The notes beneath the pieces are model-generated. The model saw only the letters and a program-made list of their open reading frames with translations, was not told where the DNA came from and searched no databases. Of a stretch of DNA of 64,000 nt, positions 11,376-21,551 are shown piece by piece. Position 1 is the first letter of the stretch, and each line of letters begins with the position of its first letter. The stretch comes from an uncultured delta proteobacterium (GTDB lineage: Bacteria; Desulfobacterota; RBG-13-43-22). The position numbers and the translations under genes are program-made. The DNA is taken from assembly GCA_963802945.1 (NCBI GenBank), contig CAWDKY010000030.1, positions 241,046-305,045 on the forward strand, given 5' to 3'.

Positions 11376-11484
11376 AAACAGAAGAACAAGGTCGAATATT
11401 ACCATTCAAATTTTTCCGAAGAACGAAATTACGTATATGAAAAGCAATAATTCATGTCCTGGGAAAGGAAAGAGGATCCTGTCC

Positions 11485-11553
11485 GGCTTTGATCTCAAGG
11501 AAAAGCAGGACCGATATTCCATAAAAGGTGCGAAAAGGGAGAAAAGGAAGTAA
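11485..11553 (+). pseudogene. ORF6N C-terminal remnant
   Basis: GFDLKEKQDRYSIKGAKREKRK* matches the end of 26644-27210. Confidence 0.8.
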
Positions 11554-11661
11554 CATCATAAGGGATTGAGAAGGGTTAGGTACTCAGAAACAGTTGGAAA
11601 GATGAGGGGGAATCAGTGAATCCAGTGGACAACGCCCCTTCCATCATGAGGAGAATTAACC

Positions 11662-12294
11662 ATGATCCAATCGACAAATCGAAGGGCAAAAAAAATTATT
11701 GTTGTGATCCTGGGGCTGGTTGCCGCCCTAGGCCTGACCTTTTGGTTGAAGTGGGTATCCGCGGAAACCAGGTCCCTCAAAAACGATAGAACTATCGAAT
11801 CCAAGGGGAACCTTGATAGGGCTTTCGAAACAGTCCGAAAGGTGCTCCAGAGTCCCCGTTGTCAGAACTGTCATATCCCGGGAGATGCCCCACTCCAGGG
11901 TGATCTCGGTAAAGTCCATGTTATGGATGTTAAACGGGGGGAAGACGGTCGAGGGAAGACGGACTTGCGGTGCACCGACTGCCATCAAAGTAAAAATGGA
12001 AGCCTGCCTCATACACCGCCGGGTGCCGTTGATTGGCGTTTACCCTCCCCTTCCACTCCCATGGTTTTTATCAAGCTGTCGGCCAATGAATTGTGCAGTA
12101 ATTTGAAGAACCCCGCCAAGAATGGGGGAAAAACGCCCGGCCAATTGATAGATCATATCTCTAAAGACCGATTGGTTCTCTGGGGATGGGCCCCCGGGCC
12201 GGGCAGGAAAAAGCCGCCTGTCTCCCATAAGGAATTTGTGGCTGCTTTTTCTAAATGGGTGCGTGCCGGTATGCCCTGTCCAAAAAACCGTTAA
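11662..12294 (+). CDS. Exported diheme c-type cytochrome-like protein
   Basis: N-terminal hydrophobic segment; two CxxCH motifs (CQNCH, CTDCH); WGWAPGPGR. Confidence 0.75.
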   Translation: MIQSTNRRAKKIIVVILGLVAALGLTFWLKWVSAETRSLKNDRTIESKGNLDRAFETVRKVLQSPRCQNCHIPGDAPLQGDLGKVHVMDVKRGEDGRGKTDLRCTDCHQSKNGSLPHTPPGAVDWRLPSPSTPMVFIKLSANELCSNLKNPAKNGGKTPGQLIDHISKDRLVLWGWAPGPGRKKPPVSHKEFVAAFSKWVRAGMPCPKNR

Positions 12295-12337
12295 CGTTTT
12301 AGGAAATGGGGTTTTTGTTTTTGGGGAAAAAAGGAAT

Positions 12338-12893
12338 ATGGATTTTGATTTAACCGTTATCCCTGCCGAGAGAATTGAGCAGGCCATTTTTCTGATTCGT
12401 GGACTTCGGGTTATGATTGACGCCGACCTAGCTATGCTTTATGGAGTGACAACGAAGGTCCTCAATCAGGCTGTCAAACGCAACAAGGATCGTTTTCGGG
12501 AGATTTCATGTTTCAACTGACTGCGGAAGAAAAAATGGAGGCGGTCACAAATTGTGACCACCTTTCCCGGCTTCGCTTTTCACCAGTCCTCCCTTATGCC
12601 TTTACCGAGCATGGCGTCCTTATGCTTGCCAATATTTTAAACTCGGACCGCGCTGCGCGGGTTAGTGTTCAATTGTCCGTACCTTGGTACGATTGCGAGA
12701 AACATTGTCCACCCATGCTGATCTGGCCAGAAAAATCACCGAGATGGAAAAGAAGTATGATGCTCAGTTCAAAGTGGTTTTTGACGCCTTGCGGGCCTTA
12801 ATGGCTCCGCCACTGAAAACGAAACGAAAGATCGGCTTTGATCTCAAGGAAAAACAGGCACGATACAGCACAAAGAAACCTTCGCGAAAATAG
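12338..12893 (+). pseudogene. ORF6N-domain DNA-binding protein, copy 1 (two frameshifts, possibly read errors)
   Basis: [21 protein letters not shown]...NQAVKRN / FQLTAEE..VTNCDHL..PYAFTEHG / [21 protein letters not shown]. Confidence 0.85.
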
Positions 12894-13046
12894 GAGGTGT
12901 TGACTTTAACTGTTTGTTGTTTACCCTCGAAGTACCGCAACGTATGCAACAACGCCCCCCATGTCAACCTAATTTGGTTTTGTATCAGCATCCTCCTTTT
13001 ATATTTTATGTAGACTCTTGACACAGGATACGTTATAAGGCCCGCC

Positions 13047-13994
13047 ATGAGTTTGACGACAAAATTTATCATATTTCAGGCCATGATTATTGTGCCTTTT
13101 GTCCTTGGGTCATTGACCAAGGAACGCTTTTCCAATCAGACCGGTTTTAGCAAGAAGCTCGTCAGGATAAACCTTATCTGCATTGAGCCTTTAATCGTGC
13201 TCTGGAGCATTTGGGGAATCTCGCTCAAAAGTAATCTTGTGTTCTTACCCGTATTCGGCCTGGCTTTTGTCCTTACAGGAATGGCGATAGGGAAGATTTT
13301 TATCCCTGTTCTTGGCCTCTCAGGAAAGAAAAAAGCTACCTTTCTCATCAGTTCATCTCTGGCTAATCACGGGTTCACCATGGGTGGTTTTCTGTGCTAT
13401 CTGCTTTTGGGCGAGAAAGGGCTCGGGCTTTCTTTCATATTCATCTCCTACTTTATGCCCTACATATTCCTGGTCATATTTCCATATGCATCACTGGCCT
13501 CGACGCCTGCCCGATATGATAGGCGATTTGTCAAAGATTTTTTTACCAACATTCAGAACATGCCATTATATGTATTTTTCTTTGCCCTGGCTCTTCAGGG
13601 GTGCGGACTTAAAAGGCCGGAAATATTTTTCCCCATTGACATCCTGCTTATGATCGCTATTGCCTTGTATCATTTTTCCCTTGGCATCAATTTTGAGTTT
13701 AAAGAAGTCCTCTCTTCCTGTAAAGAAAATACAGCACTCGGCCTGATTAAATTTTTTATCATTCCCATGATCACCTTCCTGGTATTACGATGGGTAGCCA
13801 TTGATCCTCAGATAGAGGGAGTGATCATGCTTCAATCATTTATGCCTACGGCCGTTTATTCAGTGATGGCCCCTGTGCTCTATGATCTTGATGCCAAGCT
13901 GGCCTCATCTATGTTTGTGGTCAATACGCTCATTTTCCTCATGGTCGTGCTGCCGATAGTATTCATGCTCAAAACAAGCCTATTAGGAATGTAG
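13047..13994 (+). CDS. AEC (auxin efflux carrier) family transporter
   Basis: Multi-TM; ANHGFTMG, KFFIIP, QSFMPTAV. Confidence 0.8.
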   Translation: MSLTTKFIIFQAMIIVPFVLGSLTKERFSNQTGFSKKLVRINLICIEPLIVLWSIWGISLKSNLVFLPVFGLAFVLTGMAIGKIFIPVLGLSGKKKATFLISSSLANHGFTMGGFLCYLLLGEKGLGLSFIFISYFMPYIFLVIFPYASLASTPARYDRRFVKDFFTNIQNMPLYVFFFALALQGCGLKRPEIFFPIDILLMIAIALYHFSLGINFEFKEVLSSCKENTALGLIKFFIIPMITFLVLRWVAIDPQIEGVIMLQSFMPTAVYSVMAPVLYDLDAKLASSMFVVNTLIFLMVVLPIVFMLKTSLLGM

Positions 13995-14072
13995 AGGTAA
14001 TTCGGAAATTCCATATGGGGATTTAAGAATCTCCATGGAAAGGAAGCGGGACTGGATGCAAAGGGATTCACC

Positions 14073-14408
14073 ATGAAAAGAAAGACCAATTTTGATTTAT
14101 ACTTGGAAGAACAATTAAGAGATAAAGCCTTTGCCGCCCGTTTTAAAAAGGCCGGTGATGCCTGGGAGGTGGCCATGAAATTGGCCTCCCTGCGCAAAAA
14201 ATCAGGTTTATCCCAAAAAGAATTGGCCGAAAAAGTGGGAACATCCCAACAACAAATCAGCCGTCTGGAATCGCCGTCTTACGAAGGCCATTCTTTAAGC
14301 ATGTTGCGGCGCGTGACTGAGGCTCTGGGCGGAACGATTCATTTAGAGATTTATTACAAAAAGCAAACAAAGCCTTTGGCAGCGGCTGAAAGGAAAACAC
14401 CTTACTGA
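14073..14408 (+). CDS. XRE-family HTH protein, HigA-like antitoxin without an adjacent toxin
   Basis: LSQKELAEKVGTSQQQISRLE; N-terminus TNFDLYLEEQLRD. Confidence 0.85.
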   Translation: MKRKTNFDLYLEEQLRDKAFAARFKKAGDAWEVAMKLASLRKKSGLSQKELAEKVGTSQQQISRLESPSYEGHSLSMLRRVTEALGGTIHLEIYYKKQTKPLAAAERKTPY

Positions 14409-14444
14409 AAAAGTTGAACTCCCTCCCGGACAATCAGTATAAAA

Positions 14445-14571
14445 GAGTCATAATCCCAAGAGGATTGAAAGATTTCCGGAAAATTTTATGTTTTTCAGGC
14501 CGCCAAGGGTGAAATGGAATCTTCTTTGAAATCACAATTGGTGATTTCAAGTTAAGCAAAAGCGAAAATAG
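14445..14571 (+). pseudogene. Internally deleted ORF6N remnant retaining the palindromic segment
   Basis: RFPENFMF...SLKSQLVISS followed by GCGAAAATAGGAGTTG, the ORF6N 3' end. Confidence 0.65.
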
Positions 14572-14776
14572 GAGTTGTTGACTTTAACCAATTGATATAT
14601 TCTAAAGTATCCGTTCAAATGAAAGGCGAAGGAGTTTAACCCTTTGAATCCTCGAATCCTTGGCTCTGCTCGGCTCAGCTCGCCGCAAGCCTTGAACCCT
14701 GTTTTTCTTGAGGCTGGCCTAGGAAGCAGTCCTCTAACACCCCCATTTCTTGAAAAAAGAAATGGGGGTTCGTTTT
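14571..14776 (+). repeat. Repeat A, type-B leader plus terminator (copies also at about 19354-19563 and 22796-22998; partial 22110-22223)
   Basis: Near-identical GTTGACTT..ATATATTCTAAA.TATCCGTTCAAATGA...CTCGCCGCAAGCCTTGAACC...AGCAGTCC..CCCCATTTT..ATGGGG. Confidence 0.9.
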
Positions 14777-14899
14777 GAGGTGAATAATAAAAAGGAATAA
14801 ATCAAAAATAATCGGACCATGGGAAACGATAAGTTGTTTTAGGACCAAGGTCCCCTTCAACTATGAATTCAAAAACCATTTGGAGCAAGGAGGAAGGTA

Positions 14900-16450
14900 A
14901 TGAGTAAGCAGGCAGCTCTTAATGAGCTAAAAAGGCGTAAGGAAGTAACTCAGGCCTTAGGCGGACCAAAGGCCATTGAGAGGCACAGACAAAGAGGACA
15001 TCTGACCGCCAGGGAGCGGCTTGATAAATTGCTGGATAAGGGATCATGGCGGGAGATAGGAGAACTCGAGCAGTTTGTCGGACCGGATGGTCAGGAATAT
15101 CATGTCAATAAAATTCACGGATACGGCAAAATAAACGGTCGGATTGTCATCGTTCAGACTGATGACAGTACCATTCTGGCAGGGACAGGAGCCCCTAGTG
15201 TGTCAGGCCTGTCGCGGAAGAAAGGTCTTCACGACGATTTGCTGCCGGAAAGAAACTTCCCTTATATCAGGCTCGGTGAGAGCGGTGGTGTGCATCTACA
15301 AAGCGTCATGGGCTCCACCGGCGTGCTGGCTATAACCTACCCGGCCACGAGGTTACTCTATCCGCGACGCGTACCCAGGGTAACCGGTATTATGGGTTTA
15401 TGTTTCGGAGACCCAACCTGGCAAGCCTCCATATCCGACTTTGTGGTACAGGTTAAAGGGACCTGCATGGCTGTTTCCGGTCCACGCGTCTTGGAAGTGG
15501 CCTTAAGTGAAAAGATCTCCCCCGAAGAGCTGGGCGGCTGGAAGCTGCACGCGGAAGTGACCGGACAGGTGGATGCCTTTGCTGAGGACGATGAACACTG
15601 CCTGCAGATCATCCGGGAATATTTATCCTACATGCCCTCCCATTGCGATGAGGAGCCGCCCTACGTGACAACGGAGGATCCACCTGACCGCAAAACTGAA
15701 AAATTGATGGATATTATTCCGGATGTGTCCACCAGGGCTTATGACATGACCAGGGTAATCAAGGATATGGTGGATGACGGGAAAATTTTTATCCTGAAGC
15801 CCTTTTTCGGCAAAGCCCTTATCACCTGCCTGGCCCGCATGAACGGTCGAGTGGTAGGCATTCTGGCCAACCAGGTCCTTTATAATGTGGGTGCGGCCGG
15901 GGATCAGGAATGTGAAAAAGCCACCAGTTTTATAGTCCTTTGCGATTCCTTCAATATTCCGATCATCAATTTGTCGGACACCCCCGGTTTTTTAGTCGGC
16001 AAGGAAGCTGAACGCAATAAAATTCCATCTATGATCATGAATTGGATGGAGGCCCTGGCCCTGGCCACTGTGCCCAAGATCACGGTCATTATCCGTAAGG
16101 CCTACGGTATGGGTATTTCCAATATGGGCGGCCCGAACTGCGGGGCCGACTTTATCGCCGCCTTGACCACGGCTGAAATAAGTTTCATGTCTCCGGAAGC
16201 GGCGGCCAACGTGGTTTGGGAGCGAAAAATCGCTGAGGCTGAAGATCCGGAAAGGGAAAGAAAAAGACTGATCGAAGAAATGCAATACGGGAGTGCTCCC
16301 TGGCAGGCCGCTACTGACGGTTGGCTGGACGAGGTATTGGATCCCAGAGATTTGCGGACCTGGGTAATCGAGCGGCTGGAAATCATGCACAGCCGTAAAA
16401 ATGGTTTTATGAGTCAGAAGAAATTGCAGGATTGGCCAACCGGCTTTTAA
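14900..16450 (+). CDS. Acyl-CoA carboxylase carboxyltransferase subunit
   Basis: ARERLDKLLD, DTPGFLVG, IIRKAYG. Confidence 0.9.
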   Translation: MSKQAALNELKRRKEVTQALGGPKAIERHRQRGHLTARERLDKLLDKGSWREIGELEQFVGPDGQEYHVNKIHGYGKINGRIVIVQTDDSTILAGTGAPSVSGLSRKKGLHDDLLPERNFPYIRLGESGGVHLQSVMGSTGVLAITYPATRLLYPRRVPRVTGIMGLCFGDPTWQASISDFVVQVKGTCMAVSGPRVLEVALSEKISPEELGGWKLHAEVTGQVDAFAEDDEHCLQIIREYLSYMPSHCDEEPPYVTTEDPPDRKTEKLMDIIPDVSTRAYDMTRVIKDMVDDGKIFILKPFFGKALITCLARMNGRVVGILANQVLYNVGAAGDQECEKATSFIVLCDSFNIPIINLSDTPGFLVGKEAERNKIPSMIMNWMEALALATVPKITVIIRKAYGMGISNMGGPNCGADFIAALTTAEISFMSPEAAANVVWERKIAEAEDPERERKRLIEEMQYGSAPWQAATDGWLDEVLDPRDLRTWVIERLEIMHSRKNGFMSQKKLQDWPTGF

Positions 16451-16541
16451 ATGAATCCGCAAAGACTGAAGTCGTCGGCGTCTGGCCGATCGATCTCAGA
16501 AGATCCAGTTAATTACACGGAATCATCGTAGGAGGAGACAC

Positions 16542-17489
16542 ATGGAAAAACGCAAACTGGGAAATTCGGGATTGGAGATTGCCCCATTGGTTTTAGGTGG
16601 CAACGTATTCGGCTGGACTGCAGATGAATCCATGTCCTTTAAAATTATGGATGCCTTCATCGCGGCAGGATTCAACCTCATTGATACGGCGGATGTCTAT
16701 TCGCTGTGGGTTCCCGGTCATAAGGGCGGGGAGTCCGAAGCCGTTATTGGCAAGTGGCTGAAACAAAGAGGGAAAAGGACGGATGTGCTCATTGCCACCA
16801 AAGTCGGGATGCCGATGGGACCCGATAAGAAAGGATTATCGAAAGCCTATATTAGACGCGCCGTGGAAGATTCGCTCCAACGCCTGCAGACGGATTATAT
16901 CGATCTCTATCAGTCGCATACCGATGACCAGGACGCCCCCCAGGAAGAAACTTTAATTACTTATACACAACTGATCAAAGAAGGGAAGGTGAGGGCGATT
17001 GGCGCTTCGAATCACAGCGCAGAAAGGCTGGCCCGGGCACTGCAGATCAGTGAAGAGCATGGATTGGCCGCCCATCAGACTTTACAGCCTCTTTATAACC
17101 TCTATGACCGGGCCGGATTCGAAAAGGATCTCGATCCCCTCTGCCGTGAAAAAGGTCTGGGTGTGATCAGCTACTATTCATTGGCCAGCGGATTTCTCAC
17201 GGGCAAGTACCGATCGGAAAAGGATTTTACGAAAAGCCCCCGGGGACAGGGGATGAAACGTTTTCTTAATGACCGGGGATACAGGATTCTGGAGGCACTG
17301 GATCAAGTGGCCGGCCAGTATGGCGCTACTCCCGCGACCGTGTCGCTGGCCTGGATGCTCAAAAAGCCCGGCCTGACGGCCCCGATTGCCAGCGCCACTA
17401 GTCTGGAACAATTGAGCGAATTACTTAAAGCCCCTGGGCTTGATCTTGATAAGAATTCGATTGAATTGTTGAACCAGGCCAGTTCCTGA
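16542..17489 (+). CDS. Aldo/keto reductase
   Basis: GGNVFGWT, DTADVYS, DYIDLYQSH. Confidence 0.93.
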   Translation: MEKRKLGNSGLEIAPLVLGGNVFGWTADESMSFKIMDAFIAAGFNLIDTADVYSLWVPGHKGGESEAVIGKWLKQRGKRTDVLIATKVGMPMGPDKKGLSKAYIRRAVEDSLQRLQTDYIDLYQSHTDDQDAPQEETLITYTQLIKEGKVRAIGASNHSAERLARALQISEEHGLAAHQTLQPLYNLYDRAGFEKDLDPLCREKGLGVISYYSLASGFLTGKYRSEKDFTKSPRGQGMKRFLNDRGYRILEALDQVAGQYGATPATVSLAWMLKKPGLTAPIASATSLEQLSELLKAPGLDLDKNSIELLNQASS

Positions 17490-17648
17490 CCTCAGGTCCC
17501 GTTTTGATCTCGAAGAGAAACAAGCCCGGTATGGCTTTTCCCTAACATCTTATCACTGACATCTTCCTCTGCTTTTTATCCTAAGGGATATCAGTCAGTT
17601 ATTCACTAACATCTTTTTACTGATATCTTCTTGCTCTTTATGCGGGGG

Positions 17649-18003
17649 GTTGACTTTAATTTTTAACAGGTTTAATAAGTTATATTACCTTAGCTTCATA
17701 ACTATAAAGCGAATAGCCGTCAACAGGCCTAACCGCTGTTCGCCGAACAACGAACGATCCGGCTTCCATTCGATCGGCTTTGCCGATCTCAGGGGGAGAC
17801 TCCCTGAAGGGAGTCGGACAGGGAGCCTCTTTTGAAGCCCGGCATATCTGCTCCTAACTGGGAGCCTTTTCAAAAGCTCGACGAAGTCGAGCGGGTCCGG
17901 GCGGAACGAACTACGAACGACGAACGTTTTTAGTACCGAAAGGCGTCCATGAAGCAGTTCAACCAAACCCCATTTTTTTAAAAAAGAAATGGGGATTTTT
18001 TTT
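17649..18003 (+). repeat. Repeat A, type-A leader with a REP-like insertion, plus terminator
   Basis: TTGACTTTAA..GCTTCATA..AAAGCGAATAGCC-variable-CCGAAAGG..TCCATGAAGCAG..CCCCATTTT..ATGGGG. Confidence 0.9.
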
Positions 18004-18024
18004 ACAATCTCTCATTGAGATCTT

Positions 18025-18567
18025 ATGGAATCTTTAGTGCCAGTGGAGGTTATTGAAAAGAAAATATTTTTGATTCGAGGTCAAAAAGTTTTGCTGGATA
18101 GAGATCTTGCTGATCTCTATGATGTGGAAACCAGGGCGTTGAACCAAGCGGTTCAACGCAATATTAAGAGATTCCCGAATGATTTCATGTTTACTTTGAC
18201 CAGAGAGGAGATCATGAGGATATCACAAATTGTGACATCCTCCGACATTAAATTCTCCAAACAAGTTCGTGCTTTTACGGAGCAAGGCGTGGCTATGCTT
18301 TCCGGAATCCTGAATAGCGATCGAGCGATAGAAGTGAATATTCAAATTATGCGGGCTTTTGTAAAACTCCGGGAGATGATCGCTACTAATAAAGACCTGG
18401 CCCGGCGGCTGGATAATCTGGAAAAGAAATATGACAGCCAGTTCAAAGTGGTCTTTGACGCCCTGCGGGCTTTAATGTCCCCGCCGGCCAAAACCAAACG
18501 TAAAATAGGTTTTGATTTAAAGGAGAAGCAGGCACGGTACGGCATAAAGAAATCTTCGCGAAAATAG
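18025..18567 (+). CDS. ORF6N-domain DNA-binding protein, copy 2
   Basis: [51 protein letters not shown]. Confidence 0.92.
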   Translation: MESLVPVEVIEKKIFLIRGQKVLLDRDLADLYDVETRALNQAVQRNIKRFPNDFMFTLTREEIMRISQIVTSSDIKFSKQVRAFTEQGVAMLSGILNSDRAIEVNIQIMRAFVKLREMIATNKDLARRLDNLEKKYDSQFKVVFDALRALMSPPAKTKRKIGFDLKEKQARYGIKKSSRK

Positions 18568-18571
18568 GAGT

Positions 18572-18790
18572 TGTTGGCTTAACTGGTTAATAGGTTTATA
18601 AATAAATCACTTAAACCTGGCTTCATAAATATAAAGCGAATAGCCCTCAACAGTCAGCAGTCAGCCTAAGCCCTTTAGATTTTTCCTGACCGCCGATCGC
18701 TGATTACTGACAGCTCTAAACCAAAGGATCGTCCATGAAGCAGTCCCCCAAGACCCCATTTTTTAAAAGAGAAGATGGGGTTTTTGTTTG
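18572..18790 (+). repeat. Repeat A, type-A leader plus terminator
   Basis: Same conserved ends; heptamer-repeat middle. Confidence 0.9.
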
Positions 18791-18805
18791 CGGAGGAAAT
18801 TCTAA

Positions 18806-19354
18806 ATGGATTCTATAATCCCAGTAGAAGTGATTGGACGAAAAATTTTATTGATCCGCGGCCAAAAGGTGATGCTGGATGCCGATCTGGCAAAGCTTTA
18901 CGGGGTGACAACCAAGAGATTGAATGAACAAGTTAGGCGGAATCAGGGACGATTTCCTGAAGATTTTATGTTCCAATTGAGCTCTGATGAAAAAGCTGAG
19001 GTGGTCGCAATTTGCGACCACCTTGCCAAACTTAGATTTTCCCCTACTCTCCCCCATGCCTTCACTGAACATGGAGTTCTCATGGTTGCCAGTGTGCTTA
19101 ATACCACAAAAGCTATTGAAATTAGCGTCTTCGTTGTACGGGCTTTCGTTAAAATGCGGGAGATGGTTATCTCAAACAAAGAAATTGTCCGGCGGCTGGA
19201 TAATCTGGAAAAGAAATATGACAGCCAGTTCAAAGTGGTCTTTGATGCCCTGCGGGCATTGATGGCCCCGCCACTGAAAACGAAACGAAAGATCGGCTTC
19301 GACCTCAAAGAAAAACAGGCACGGTACGCCATAAAGAAATCTTCGCGAAAATAG
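18806..19354 (+). CDS. ORF6N-domain DNA-binding protein, copy 3
   Basis: [42 protein letters not shown]. Confidence 0.92.
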   Translation: MDSIIPVEVIGRKILLIRGQKVMLDADLAKLYGVTTKRLNEQVRRNQGRFPEDFMFQLSSDEKAEVVAICDHLAKLRFSPTLPHAFTEHGVLMVASVLNTTKAIEISVFVVRAFVKMREMVISNKEIVRRLDNLEKKYDSQFKVVFDALRALMAPPLKTKRKIGFDLKEKQARYAIKKSSRK

Positions 19355-19648
19355 GAGTTGTTGACTTAAACTAATTGATATATTCTAAATTATCCGTTCA
19401 AATGAGACGCATAGGAGTTTAACCCTATGAATCCTCGAATCCTTGACTCTGCTCGGCTGAGCTCGCCGCAAGCCTTGAACCATATTTTTTTGAGGCTGGT
19501 CCATTTAGCAGTCCGACAAGACCCCATTTTTTGAAAAAGAAGATGGGGTTTTTATTTGGAGGGAAGGTGACTCAGAAACAACGTCCCCGCCGGCAGACTA
19601 CAGAAAAAGATTGACAAAAAGATCAAATAAGTTATCATAATATTTATC

Positions 19649-19933
19649 ATGTTGATTTCGTACAAACCGCCATCTAACAAATTTGTAAAAAAACAGGCTA
19701 GGTCGTTTCAACTGGTAATCGAAGACGAGGTCGAAGCCGTCATTCAAAATCCGTTAGCCGGAGAGACCAAGAAGGGTGATTTGACCGGTTTCAGGATTCA
19801 TAAATTTTCTTTTCAGGGTCAAAAATTCCTCTTGTCTTATGTTATTCGAACCGAGGGAATCGTTTTTTTTACGATCGGCTCCCATGAAAATTTTTATCGG
19901 GAATTAAAAAAGTATTTAAAGGAGGTGGGTTAA
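19649..19933 (+). CDS. RelE/ParE-family toxin
   Basis: NPLAGETKKGDLTGFRIHKF...IGSHENFYRELK. Confidence 0.82.
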   Translation: MLISYKPPSNKFVKKQARSFQLVIEDEVEAVIQNPLAGETKKGDLTGFRIHKFSFQGQKFLLSYVIRTEGIVFFTIGSHENFYRELKKYLKEVG

Positions 19934-20242
19934 ATGATCACCGCCGAAAAAGTGTATAAAGAAATTTTGGATATGCAGGTCAAGGAGAGAGAAAAACTCT
20001 TCACCGTTATTGCCAGGAAGGGTTTTGAGAAAGATTCCTATTCCCACGAAGAGGTTTTCGGCGATATACGGGAATCTCCCTTTATACTCAGAGAAGCCGC
20101 CGAATATCTGGAAGTGGCCGAAATAACCCTGAGGCGATGGGTGCAATCCGGTCTCATTCCGTATGAAAAAGTTGGAAGGAATATCGTTTTCGATCCTGAT
20201 GAACTGAGGCGGGTTAAGAAATCAAAGACGAAAAAAAGATAA
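19934..20242 (+). CDS. Putative antitoxin with excisionase-like (HTH_17) domain
   Basis: Abuts the toxin stop codon; EAAEYLEVAEITLRRWVQSG. Confidence 0.75.
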   Translation: MITAEKVYKEILDMQVKEREKLFTVIARKGFEKDSYSHEEVFGDIRESPFILREAAEYLEVAEITLRRWVQSGLIPYEKVGRNIVFDPDELRRVKKSKTKKR

Positions 20243-20318
20243 AAAGCCAATTATCAAAAAAAAGAAGTTATCACTTCATCCCCAATTTCTTAACAAAGCA
20301 GGCAAAACCTTACCCGAA

Positions 20319-20380
20319 AGGCTGTCCATTAAGCAGTCCATCATGACCCCATTTTTTAAAAAAGAAGATGGGGTTTTGTT
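20319..20380 (+). repeat. Repeat A core (small hairpin plus terminator)
   Basis: AGGCTGTCCATTAAGCAGTCC..ACCCCATTTTTT..AGATGGGGTTTT. Confidence 0.85.
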
Positions 20381-20404
20381 TAAATAATTTTAATTGAGGT
20401 TCCT

Positions 20405-20734
20405 ATGAATTCTTTAGTGCCGGTGGAGATTATTGAAAAGAAGATTTTTTTAATCCGTGGCCTTAAAGTGATACTGGACACTGATTTGGCAGAGCTTTAT
20501 GGTGTTGAAACAAAATATCTAATTAAAGCGGTCAAGAGAAATCTTTTGCGGTTTCCTGATGATTTTATGTTCCAACTCAATAAAGAGGAATCTGAAAACT
20601 TGAGGTTCCATCTTGGCACCTCAAGTCAGTGGGGAGGACGGCGTTATTTTCCCTATGCCTTTACCGAGCAGGGGGTGGCAATGCTTTCCAGCATCCTAAG
20701 CAGTGACCAGGCTGTCAAAGCGAATAGCCTTTAG
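20405..20734 (+). pseudogene. ORF6N copy 4, 3'-truncated
   Basis: Normal N-terminal domain; sequence switches into the repeat-A leader at about 20717. Confidence 0.85.
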
Positions 20735-20875
20735 CCTTCAGCAGTCAGCCTGAGCCCTTTAGGTTTTTCCTGACCGCCGATCGCTGATTGCTGACAGCTC
20801 TAAACCAAAGGATCGTCCATGAAGCAGTCCCCCAAAACCCCATTTTTCTAAAAAAGAAATGGGGGTTTTGTTTTG
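20717..20875 (+). repeat. Repeat A, type-A leader (5'-truncated) plus terminator
   Basis: Near-identical to 18633-18790. Confidence 0.9.
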
Positions 20876-20915
20876 AAGTGGATAATAGAATGGGAGGCAG
20901 TCTTAAGATTGGGGC

Positions 20916-20960
20916 TTGATTTGTGATCCTATTTTGAGTACAATAGAACCCATTATGAGT
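20916..20960 (+). promoter_or_regulatory. MNT-HEPN promoter with a direct-repeat operator candidate
   Basis: TTGATT-N17-TACAAT; imperfect repeat CCTATTTTGAGTAC / CCCATTATGAGTAC overlapping the -10 and the ATG. Confidence 0.55.
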
Positions 20961-21551
20961 ACGAAACAAATTCGCGATAATCTCTCCATGGCCCTTTTCG
21001 GCAAGACCAAACGAGCCTTGCTGGCCTTGTTTTTTTCCAACCCGGAGGAATCCTTTTACCTACGCCAGATTGCCAGGATAACCGCTGCCGGTCAGGGATC
21101 TGTTCAGCGAGAGTTAAAAAAATTAGCCGAGGCCGGCATCATCGAGCGTATTGAACAGGGCCGACAGGTCTATTTCAGAGCCAAAAGTAACTGTCCCATT
21201 TTCGATGAGCTAAAGGGGCTGATATTAAAAACCGCCGGATTGGTGGAGGTGCTTCGATCCGCTTTATCGCCGGTGTCCGATAAGATCGATCTGGCTTTCG
21301 TATTTGGTAGTCAAGCCCGAGGGAAAGCCAAGGCTGCCAGTGACATTGATTTATTAATTGTCGGGAATGTCGATGAGCTTGAACTACATCGGTTGATCAG
21401 CCAGACAGAGGGGCAACTGAACCGCTCCATCAATTACACCTTTTTGACCGCTCAAGAGTTTAAAAAACGCAAAAAAGAAAAGGGGGGGTTTCTCTCAAGA
21501 GTCCTGGCAGGGGAGAAGATTTTCATTATAGGAGACGGGCATGGATCTTGA
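20955..21551 (+). CDS. wHTH plus minimal nucleotidyltransferase (MNT) antitoxin
   Basis: VFGSQARG..SDIDLLIVG; N-terminal HTH. Confidence 0.88.
   Translation: MSTKQIRDNLSMALFGKTKRALLALFFSNPEESFYLRQIARITAAGQGSVQRELKKLAEAGIIERIEQGRQVYFRAKSNCPIFDELKGLILKTAGLVEVLRSALSPVSDKIDLAFVFGSQARGKAKAASDIDLLIVGNVDELELHRLISQTEGQLNRSINYTFLTAQEFKKRKKEKGGFLSRVLAGEKIFIIGDGHGS

Noticed and set aside
19493-19515. AGGCTGGTCCATG as a T-box antiterminator or PyrR loop
   Set aside because: Only partial resemblance; no Stem I or specifier features, and downstream genes are unrelated to amino-acid or pyrimidine metabolism. Needs cmscan to exclude fully.
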